A stretch of 64,000 bases of DNA, from NCBI RefSeq assembly GCF_002571385.2, contig NW_019218048.1:51680-115679 (forward strand), in the 5' to 3' direction. Position 1 is the first letter of the stretch. The number at the start of each line of letters is the position of its first letter. Below the pieces are notes generated by a model. It was not told the DNA's origin. It worked only from the letters and a program-made list of their open reading frames with translations, and made no database searches. The translations under genes were made by a program, and so were the position numbers. This DNA comes from Stylophora pistillata. Taxonomy: Eukaryota. Positions 1 through 11,400 of this stretch are shown in pieces.

Positions 1-70
1 GTGCTCTCCAAACTTCCCGCGTGCTCCATAACTCGATAGTGCACGCTAAAGCATGAACCAATTGTTAAAT
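1..70. repeat. Partial hairpin-type interspersed repeat, cut by the window edge
   Basis: Near-identical to the arm at 2126-2192 and reverse-complementary to 2002-2069. Confidence 0.8.
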
Positions 71-339
71 AAAGTGTAATGGGCTAAAATATATATTAAT
101 TACTTACATCTAAGTTATGCTTAAAACTAAGCCTATTAATAAAATAATTTTTAAAACGCTCAGTATTGCAAAGTGGATATATTGGCTTAACTTGCCTAGG
201 CCTACGGGTAGCAGAGTTACTCCTGGGAAGGGAGTGGTGGAATGGATGATATTCCCACGAGCTTAATTTTTTTTAAGATACCTAGATCAGACTTATCTAA
301 GCAATTTATAACAGAAACCGGAGAAGACGTTTATCTACG

Positions 340-1997
340 TTTGTAACAACGATCCAGGAAGCATTTTGTGGTAGTAAGCTCTATATACCACGGCCAAATT
401 GATAACATCATAAACAATAATTTGCCTTCCAAGCGGTATTTAAATAAACTTTCAAGTTTATATGATTTAGATATGCTCTGTTTAAACATACCAATTGGTA
501 TAAACCCCAGATCTGATTTGTTTTATAACAAAATTAAGAGCCACTATTACTAGCCACATAGCTTTAACCTCTTAAAAGATAAGCTGCTGCGCAACAAAGG
601 CAGTTTTTTTCTGCTTCGTAATAACGTAACGAGTTTAAGACGAAACCTTGAAAACCTGCAGGTGCATGTGTTACATGATTTTAATTATAGTTTTACTGTA
701 ATTGGAGTTTCTGAAACTTAAATAAGTACAGCTGCCTCTGTAAACTTTAACAGCTTTTTTCCTGGCTATAAATTTGAATACGTTCCAACACCTTTAGCTT
801 CTGGAGATGTTGGTATGTACATCAAAGACAACTTGAATTGTAAGATTATTGAAAAAACTTCCAACGAGGCTTTCCAAGCCTTATGGATCGAATTTCATCT
901 TTTGGGGCAGCCAAACATCATTTGTGGTGTGGTGTATGAACCACATAACTCCGCACAACAATTCTTGGACTATTTTGATGAAACACTGGAAAAGTTACGG
1001 CTTTAAATAAACCCACCTTTATCATAGGTGACTTCAATATAAACCTCCTTGCGGTTGAAACATGTAATTATGCATATAATGAAAATCTTTATAGATTGCA
1101 GTATGGTTTCCGAGATAAATATTCCACCCAACATGCAATACTTGATATCGTTCTAGACAAAGGAATATGGAAAATAAACTATTTTCATGTGGTATTTTTA
1201 TCGACTTAAAGAAATCTTTCGATGCAGTTGACCATTCAATCCTGCTCAACAAATTAAACCACTATGGAGTCAGAGGCATCGTAAATGAATTGGTTTTCAT
1301 CAAACTTATCTGAACGCACTCAAACAACTGAGATGAACTCGTTTATTTCTGATAAGGAAAACGTCCCTTGTGGTGTTCCACAAGGATCTGTGCTCTTCTT
1401 TTTCTGTTAGTTATTAACGATATTCCAAACTCCTCACAGAAGTTAATTTTTTTTTTAAGTTTGGGGACGATACAAACATGCTTTATGCTGAGAGACATCC
1501 TAAGTCCCTCGAGGAGATCGTGAACAATAAGCTGAAAAATGTATGTCAATGGCTGCAGGCAAACAAGCTCACACTTAACATTAAAAATAAAACTTTGCTA
1601 TCTTTCGACCTCCACAGTGATTATTCAATTATGAGATTAACTCAAAGTTGTAGATAACAGCACCAATATATCGTCAGGTCTAGAATGTAAGGAATGTATT
1701 AAATACTTAGGTGTTCTGATTGACAAACATCTCTCCAGGAAATACCACGTAGACTACGTTGCCGTGAAGATTAATAAGATTGTTGGAGTAATAGCTCGTC
1801 TAGACACCTCTTTCCTTTCTCTACTTTGAAAAGTATACATCAGTCCCTCATGCTTCCCTGCTTTACATATGGTTTCATTGCTTGAAGCAAGGCCGCAATA
1901 GCCCATCATAAACTACGTACTGTTACTTCAGAAACGTGCATTACGTATGATGTATTTTCTTTAAATCCAAGAACTCATGCTATTCGGTTCTTTATAA
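340..1997 (+). mobile_element. Degenerate CR1/L2-group LINE ORF2 fragment (APE endonuclease + RT), internally deleted
   Basis: Motifs VIGVSET, PTPLASGDVGMYI, CGVVY, IIGDFNINLL, DLKKSFDAVDH, GVPQGS, INDIP, GDDTN and KYLGVLID, broken by stops and frameshifts. Confidence 0.88.
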
Positions 1998-2000
1998 NTA

Positions 2001-2575
2001 ATTAACAATTGGTTCATGCTTTAGCGTGCACTATCGAGTTATGGAGCACGCGGGAAGTTTGGAGAGCACGAAAGAAGCGTAAGAGTTGCCCGAGGCAATA
2101 GCCGAAGGCAACTCTAGCTTCTTGAGTGCTCTCCAAACTTTCCACGTGCTCCATAACTCGATAGTGCACAGCTGAAAGCATGAACCAATTGTCTTAGAAC
2201 ATAGCCGGTGGAATTGTGCATCAAATCCGACGCGAAAAACGGAGAACATTATCAATTGAAGCGAGTCGTGACGTCGCTTATGCCGAGTCTCCTTTTCCGT
2301 TGTTTTTCTCTTTTTTTGCCTCATTTACGAGCTCTAGCCCAAGGGAAAAGGTCGAAAATTTGTCTTCGTTTTAGTACTAGTAGGCCGAGTCTCTGTTTGT
2401 ATACATTATTGTCGCGAAGTATATTATTTTTCCCCGAGCTAACAATGGCCACTCGCGCGAAAAAAAATTTCTGGCGAAGAGATTTGCTCACGCTATATCA
2501 GCGTACACTATCGGGATTTTGAGCACGCTTACGTCTACTGAATTTTATTGCGCGGCTCTGCTAGCTATGTTCTAA
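2001..2575. mobile_element. Hairpin-plus-tail non-autonomous element
   Basis: About 190-bp imperfect palindrome (2004-2192), followed by a segment bounded by the inverted repeats TTAGAACATAGC (2194-2205) and GCTATGTTCTAA (2564-2575). Confidence 0.7.
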
Positions 2576-3048
2576 TTTTTTGTTGTTGTTTGTATCGAAT
2601 GTTGCTGCCTTCACCTTATGCTGGTATCCGATAAATTAACATTCCAACAAAATCACTGCGAGGGTCGGCAATAGTTAGAACTTTCAAGTAATAGCTATTT
2701 CGATGGCCCTCGTTAACTTTCAACACAATACAACGAGACTTACCTTTGATCAATGTGTTACAAATAGAACGTAATGACTTTTCTTTGATTAATACGATAG
2801 TATTTGGTTCCCATATTGTTACAGGCGTTATCTTAAGAACAGAAATCAACAAAAACGGCAAGCTATTAACCTTGGAACATTTTTTTTTTCAGGAGACAAA
2901 TTACACAAACCGATACAGGAAGCTTCCCCAAATTCTTTTCTGTTTGATAACGTAGACTGACCGCCGAAAATTGAAGTATTCAACGCGCTGCCAAATGCTC
3001 AAAGAATTCTAGAGCGAATGCGATTATGGTAGACCACTCGATCTACCC

Positions 3049-3322
3049 TAGAGGCGGATCCAGGAATTTTTAAATGGGGGAGGGGGTCCAAACTTTGGTT
3101 CAAAAAGGACTGTTGGACTCTTTGAGGCAAATTACATCTCCCCCACACCCCCTCCCACCAGTCGCGGTTGCAAGTTATAATTCCTTTGCCGCTTATCGTT
3201 TATTTGGATTCATTAAAAAAATCAGCCAGTTAAAATGATATACGATCCTGTCTCCAAGTTGTAAGCGTCAGGTTTGATAGGGGGTCCGTACCCCCCGGAC
3301 CCTCCCCCTGGATGCGCCACTG
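3049..3322. mobile_element. MITE with CAGTGGCGGATCCAGG-type termini
   Basis: TAGAGGCGGATCCAGG...CCTGGATGCGCCACTG, flanked by TACCC at 3044-3048 and 3323-3327. Absent from the paralogous A2 site near 27210. Confidence 0.75.
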
Positions 3323-3439
3323 TACCCAGCATGATATGCATGTGAGGAATCCTCAAGTAACGTTTTATATTTCAAAATGCTAACGACCTGTTGTGTTTCA
3401 AAATATCACTATCGGAAATGTAGACTCCTTTCTCATTTC

Positions 3440-3770
3440 TGGAACGAAATATGGCGATGAATCATTCCTGACTCAACAATAAATCGCTGGAACGATATTT
3501 TACTGAAGCGATATATCCTGACGATATACCGCACGCTCTACGATAATCTCTGTATCGATATATCACCGCAACGATATATCGTTGGCATAGTTTATCGTCG
3601 GAACGAGGCATCGCGAGAAAGTCCCGATATCTCGTCGATTTATCGTTGTAAGGTGTCAAAATAATTAACGATATATCGCCAATATATCGGCGATATATCG
3701 GAAGAACGAAGCGTGATAAACCGCGATAATCGTTTACATTACTGTTGCACAGTACAGTATGAGTAAGTTG
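3440..3770. repeat. CGATAT(A)TCG-rich insertion, probable MITE
   Basis: Many copies of CGATAT/ATATCG with weak terminal inverted similarity. Absent from the paralogous A2 site near 27345. Confidence 0.55.
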
Positions 3771-3922
3771 TTTAACCAAATAAGTCATTTACTAAGCACA
3801 AGGGAAAGGTGGCGTTTTAAAAGGATATAGTTTCATTATTGCTGCACAGACCGACTAGTTTTCTCCCTGGAATCGATTACTTCCTTTGTATATAATATAT
3901 GACTTTTTTGAAGGGTTTTCAG

Positions 3923-5426
3923 TCGACCATCAATACTCCTCTTCGGGCTTTTGCCAAGATCACATTGGAATCCCTTGCATACTGGAATATACCAAGAATG
4001 GCTGGATTCAGATTTGCGAATTTATCAATTACACTTGTAATCTTAACTGCTCCGTCAACAACTGTTCCTCAAACTGCTACCCCGTCAAAGTCTGCGCAAA
4101 AAGTTGTAGTAAGGCTTACAGACCATTGGTAGCTGATTGTCCTGACACGATATACAACGAGAGTCATCAGGGTTGGTCGAGGTGCAATACAACAAAATGC
4201 AATCTGACAAGTGGCGAACAAACATTTGGAACAGAACATACTTGCCGCTATGAGGGTGATCAGTGTAATCTAAACTGCAGGGGGATAAACTGCAAACAAA
4301 CTTGCAAAGAAAGAATCACCGGTGAGTACTATAACAAAGCAAATAAGCAAGCAGCACACTCAACTAACGTTAAATATTGATGTGAAGAGCCCTGGTGTAT
4401 GAAGTTTGTCTATTGGTGGCGTGTTTAAGTGTCTCCGCAGTAGTTTTTGGACTTAACCAGACTACCTATGGTAAATATGTGCATTATATTCTCAAGAAAA
4501 GCTCGTGCAAGGCAAATAAAAATACGTAATGACAAAGCACCTTTCAAAAATATTAACTTTTGTCTTAGTGTTTGGATGGCATCAGAAATACTAAGTCAAT
4601 GGACTTGTTATTCGATCATTCAACCATTTATTTATTGAGTCAAGTAAGCAATCGACATATATTTGTCCTCCATTTGCGAAGTAGCGGATTATCTATAAAA
4701 TTAATGGAAAAATATCCAAAAATTTAAGAAAAAGAAAAAAATTCATATAGTTATCAATTGAGAATGACATTCGTTTGATAAGAGAATGTTGGTATAAGTA
4801 TAACTACTTGATTGGGGCACAAGTCAAACTTTTTCCTTTTTTTTCCTCTGAAAACTTTGCAGTATTAGCAGTAACATCGTCACCATCTCTCTTACCTGCG
4901 ACGGCAAGGTCATCAATGATAAGCTTGCAACCTTCCTCATCGCCTTTGATGTCACTGGCACTATCGCTCTCGACGTGGCCATTGCCATCGCCATCATCGA
5001 TATCACCATCTTCGTCTCCGTCGCCTTCGAATGCAATTCAAAAGCTGGTGTGTTTTGTAATTGATTACTCTTTTTGTACTTTTCCATACTTTAGGATCTT
5101 AGTGGTCCATACAAATAACTGTCATTTTCGTTATCTTAGGCAAATGACTATGTCTCCAAACTTGGCGGACTTGATAGCAGCAGAAACACTTCTTTGCGGG
5201 TATCTGATTCTATTAAAGACTGCTATGTATCATCATTAATAATAAATACAGTAGGACGTGCTTTTACATGTAGGTGTCTATTTAACAATTCTTTCACGAG
5301 CGCGCGTTGGATATGAGATAATAGATAGCCAATGAGGCGCGTAGCGCCGAGTTGACTATAATCAAATATTAGATTATGGTATATTGGCACATATACCATA
5401 ATGGCTAAGTCAATAAAAAGTCTTGT

Positions 5427-5461
<35 letters not shown>

Positions 5462-8400
5462 CATATATACGATGAGCTGGATTATATACACACTTTGATT
5501 GGTTAAAACTTATAATGTATCGGAGACAAGACGCATAGCTGATGTCCCATTAATAACATGTTGCTTTTTATCAAATTAAACAAGTAGCTTTCATGATGCT
5601 GTGCATCTATCTAGGGATGGACGACATAACACGTAAAATGCAGTGAGGACATCAATACTCATTTTTTTCTTATTGTTATTTTTTTGTCCCATGTGGTCTA
5701 CATGTACTATTACTGGGCAGAACTACAATAGGGTGTGGATCTATTTATCTATTTATCATAAAACAAATTTATAGTACTTGCACCCAGACGAGTGTCATGA
5801 ATTAATACACTGAATATTATATCAATACGTTTACATGGTTGCAGGAGGCTGTTAACGTGTTTGAAAACTTCCTCGTCCGTTTTGAAAACATGACTAAACC
5901 TACTGAGGGTCTTTCCACCATCATCGAGGTTAAAACCGGAAGGGAATCCATCTTTAATGTAGCTATCGCTTTCGAGGAATTTGCTCTGGATTATAGCAAG
6001 CAACACCTGAAGGGAACAATGCTATCAGAAGAGATCGTTAGCGGTAAAATGGGTGAGAAATTGTGATTATCTTTTTTCAGATAATCACTGTCTGAGTGAT
6101 TGACCCTTTATTGCCTAAATACGATAATAAGTTATTTCCCTGCGTTATTTTCGAATGTTAATTTCATCTTTCCTATTTTTTATCAAGATAAGGAAAGTAA
6201 ATAAAAGATATTTTCCTAAACATCGAAACGGATAATTGCAAATGGTGCGAGAAGCCTTAGTCATTACAGCACGTGTAAAACCTCCCTTTATGACCAAAAC
6301 ATATCGTAAATCCACCGACAAATGATTTTTTGTTCAAACGTGCTATTTTATATTTTATTAAACGTGTTGCTCTTTTTCTGACAGTGTTGAGAATTCAAAA
6401 GGCTTACCGCCGAAATGCAAGTGATTTATGCCTCGAGGAACACGAATGGAAAACAAGCATCGACATTTCCTCTTCAAATTTTGCAGACAATGGTTTGTAT
6501 CAAGTTCGTCTTAATTGTCCTCTCGAAAAATGTTTACAGTTTTGATATAATTCCTTGCGGAAGACTACTCACTGGTTTAAACCGTCTACTTGCCACAAAT
6601 ACCCGCATTCTTTTGAAATTCATGGTCAATTCTTGACCGGATCAGAATCTTCTTTTTTTCTTTAGGTTCAGTGGTTATTGGGTGTTTTTACAAGAATCTC
6701 CATGAACTACTGCCGAACAATCGACCCAACAGGAATAGTCCAGGCAACACAAGGTGACAAATTTGTCTTCCCTAAATTTCCTTTTCATAATGTCGCTAAC
6801 ATCATGCACATAGACAAGTTCATGTTCAAGCCGCCTGGCTCTGTTTCTTCAAACGAAAGATAAAGGTGTCCACTTGAAAAATCTTCATCCGGTGGCCAGC
6901 GAAGTACGTTTTGTCAGCTCTAGTTCCCTGGATGGCATTGACTGGCTTCGTTATCTTTTCGAATAAGGCCATCTCAACGTCGCAAGATATTAGCTAAAAT
7001 GCAGAAATAGTTTAGAAAGGTCACTATTTAAACAGTAGAGTGTTTCTGTCGAGGAACTAGGGCTCATAGTTTCGAAACATAAACACTCTATTGACGTTAT
7101 TGTCCACGACTAAATTTTCTTCCGCGCGCCAGTTGAAAAGCAGTCCAAACCCACTAAATGCAGATCAATCAAATATTTATTCGTGCGTACAGCCTGTCAT
7201 AAAGGTCAATAATTTGCAACCGTACATTGGCTAAATAATATCAGTACCTGTCAGAATTGAAAAGTCCCTGTTTTTTCCGATCTGTCTAACTTCGCGGCCG
7301 TGAAACCATTCAAAACTTTTTACGGATGACTACTATCCGTCGGGGTATTTTCCGCGGACGGGCATTATGGGCTGATAGTGTCTCTCTGACACTATCGCAT
7401 CACGTAATAAATTTAAACCAATAAAAATCGGACAAAAATTTAGTGGTGAACTATAAAAGTACATATTCCTTAAACCACCATATTTGCATTTCATTCTGGT
7501 TCACATTCGGTATCATTTTGTACATAGATATGTGGGCACCAGAATGATGATGGCAGCCATGGATCCTAAACCCGAAAAACTGCTGGAAAATGTAATCTTA
7601 AAGTTCAGAAACTTGGAGGTAAAAGCAACACTAGTTAAAATACGTTATTTCCATATATTTCAACTCGATCAATAATTCTACTTACAGATCAAAAAAAGGC
7701 TGACGATGTGCATGTTTTGGAGCGGCTTCAGCAAACTGAGGTAACACTTACAATATACTAGGTAAATAGTTCAGACAAATATTTTTAGTCAAAAACTTTG
7801 TCCGGGATCAGAAATGCTTGAAAGAAATATATTATATTTGTCCGTTAGGGAAAGTCCCATAAAGCAGGTGTCGCAAAAGGGACAAAAAAATTAACTGACA
7901 AAATCACTCTTTGACTGATGGTACACGGCAAGTTTCCGACGAAGTTGTCAAATGTCATTGGAAGTCCTTCTGTTTTTTCCTATGAAGCAAATTTAAATCT
8001 GGAATTGCCTTAGTTGTAGTTGCTGATTGTCTGATTTGACGCCGCTGTCTCTTTTTTCTTTTTCTTTTTTTTTCACTCGAAGAAAGGTCACGTTTAGCAA
8101 GAATTTCATCCTTTTTGATTTCTTAACCACATATGAGGATGCAATTTTGTCTATTAAGAATCTTTCACAAAACAAAGTATTTTCCCAACCCAACGTTTTG
8201 TGCTCAGAGCTAAAAATCACGGAACTGAAAATGCCGTGACCCCTCAAACCAAAAACAGTCGAGAATGTGATTGAGGGTATGAATATAAGAGGCTGAGGAT
8301 GTCATTTACCCTTTCGGCGCAACGGCTGTCTATTTCCTAACTTATCTTGGCTGCTGAGGTACTTTCTATTTCACAGCCCCGACGGATTTTCAGACAAAGG

Positions 8401-11400
8401 ATGCTATGTAGTTACGTCGGAAAGTAACTCTGAAGAAACAGTTTGCAGCTGCAATCATTTGACTCATTTTGCTGTCTTATTTGACTACAATGATAGCACG
8501 GAGGTAATTAATTAATTTTGTACCAATTTCTAGCACTGGTAATAAATTTGTGTGGCTAACTCGTCTCTCTATATTTTCGTTTCATACCATGCTACGCAGC
8601 TTTCCGAGCAGGACGAAACTGTGTTGGAGATTATTACCTGTGTAGGATTAAGCCTTTCTATTATCGGAATATTTTTAACAATAGCCTTGTACTCTTCCTT
8701 TACGTAAGTACAGTGAGTTATGATAAATAACTGATAATGTGCTCTTTTGTCAGTCTTCCAAAATGTTAGATAAAACGACACACTAGCTCAGTTCTCCCTG
8801 CAAAAAAATAATTAAAAACCTCTTAGTTGTGCCTTGGTATAAAACTAATTTAATTTACCCTTAATCAGTACAAATTGTTTTATAACATAACCAAAGTACT
8901 ATAAAGTGCGAGCTCTGATTGGTCAATTCAGCATCCACCACTTGCCCATGGGTTTACGTGGCTGAAGTGAGCAAATGCAAAGACAAGTTTTCCTCGTGCG
9001 CTCGTTTTTTCAGGTCACGTAAGGTTTGTTAAATAAAAGAAAACTCTTTTGCTACAAGTTATTCATGTTATGGTATATACAAATGGTGAACGCCACAGCG
9101 TACACTATTGAGTTATGGATGCACTTGGAGGTTTGCTAAGCACTCAAGAAGCCAGAGTCGCTCTCAACTATCACCTCGCGCGACTCTTACGCTTCTTTCG
9201 AGCTTGGCAACCTTCCGCGTGCATCCATAGCTCACTAGTGTACGCTGGTGTGTTTACTATTCGTTAAATAGAGGTCTTTCATCATCGGTGACTGTCCTAA
9301 TTAATCAGCTTACAGTCGATTGTAATTACTATAAAATAAAATTAGGAATAATGGCAACTATAAGTGATCTAAAATGTTTCTTTTTGATGCACTGAAACTA
9401 TGGTTATTTAGCTCGAATAACCCACTAATTTTCTTCGAGCTTCGTTTTCAACCATTGTTTACTTAATCTCTACCAACTTGGCTTTTTTGTTGTCTTTTGA
9501 TTCTAAGGTTCTTATTAATTTGGTTTTATTTTAGATTAGATATTTTTCCATTTGCCATTTGGTCAATTTCTATGGCCTTACAGACTTCCATCATTTTGTT
9601 TTGTTTTTAAATTAACAAATGGTAAACACCACAGCGTACACTATTGAGTTATGGATGCACTTGGGAGGTTTGCTAAGCACTCAAGAAGCTAGAGTCGCTC
9701 TCGGCTATCGCCTCGAGCGACTCTTACGCTTCTTTCGTGCTTAGCAACCTCCCGCGTGCATCCATAACTCAATAGTGTACGCTGTGGTGTTTACCATTTG
9801 TTTTATAACATAACATTGATACATTGTAGCTAAAGAGTTCCCTTTTATTTAACAAATCTTTTACGCGACCAGAAAAAACAAGCGCGCGCGGAAAAATAGT
9901 CTTTGCTCACGTCAGCAGCGTACACCCATGGGCAAATGGGGGACGCTAAATTGACCAATCAGAGCGCGCGCTTTATTTTGGTTATGTTATAATTTTATTT
10001 TGTTTGTTTTTTTATTATCATTATTAGTTTTTGTTGCTTTTATTCTTTTCATTTTCACCAGAGACGTCCCTAAACCTCTATCTCAAACTCGAATAAGCCT
10101 TTGTCTTTCACTCGGAGCTGGACAGGCAACGTTTCTCGCCGGAATAAACGCCACAGAAAACACGGTGAGAGGTTTCTTCATCCTTTCATTCGACTTACTG
10201 CCTTTTCTGTGTTTTATGAAGGATAATGAAAAACATACGTGAACTTTCTTTTTGCAGGCTGCCTGTGTTGCGGTAGCAGCTCTGATGCAGTATTTCCTGA
10301 TGGCCGCATTTTGCTGGATGCTGGTCGAGGGAATTTATCTCTACCTGTTTGTTGTGAAAGTTTACAACATCAACACCAAGATGCACATTTATCACGTTAT
10401 CGCATGGGGTATTCTTATTACTCTTTTTTATTTCATGTATTGGTACCAGTAAGATGCTTTCTGATCGCCATATTTGGTGTTAATTTATGAATAGGTCTCC
10501 CTATGAACATGGTGGCCATTTCCCTTGGGATTGCTGGTGGGAAAGAAGGAATACAAAGCTATATCAGTGACCAACAGTAAGGAATGCGTTAACAGCTTTA
10601 TTCTTCCCCTTCCCCTTCTTCTCTATTATCTATTCATTCATTTCATTTCATTTTGTGCGTGTGTGTTTTTGTTGTTGTTGTTGTTGTTGTTTTGCTTGGT
10701 TTCGTTCATATCCTGTTAAGGGTATCCTATATGCTGAACATGTTTCTTTCTCCGTTGTCTTTCGCCTTTTAGTTGCTGGCTATCCTCAAATAACAATCTG
10801 ATCTGGATTTTCGTTGCCTTTGTGGCGTTCATTGAAGTTGTGAGTTTATGATTATTTTTTGCAATTGTGATTAGTGTACCCGGACAAGTTACTGCCAAAG
10901 CTTTTTTTTTTTTTTTTCTTCAACCGTAACCATACGAATTAAACATTTGTTAATGGGATGGCCCGACACAGTTTTTACCATTTTTCATTTCTTACAATCG
11001 CCGCGGCGAAATCCTGTCGAGGTAATGTCTTCATCAAGTCTCCAAACAGTAGCTCCAAACATAGGGAAAACAAAAACATCTCACTCTATCCTTCCTTGTC
11101 AATGTCATTTCAATTTTTTTACCTGAACACGCCCAGGATATGTTGCATGGAAAAATAACATATTGAACAACATTGAAATTAAAGAGAGGATGGGGAAAGA
11201 AAAAAAAATGGAGACTAAGACCGTAAGGCTACCATTAGCGTGGTTGTAATTTCAGGTTTGATCATTTTATCTGCGACTTCTTTAGCCCAATGGATCCAGG
11301 GGCGTAACCAACGTCCTCAGTTCGGGAGTTCTATACCCCATGAACTAATCAGACAGTACTGTTTCGGCCTTCTGGGCCTCATCAGTGCAGTGCTAATGCT

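Noticed and set aside
2031-2522. ORFs of 97-104 aa over the hairpin element
   Set aside because: They lie in a non-coding palindromic repeat and show no recognisable protein motifs.
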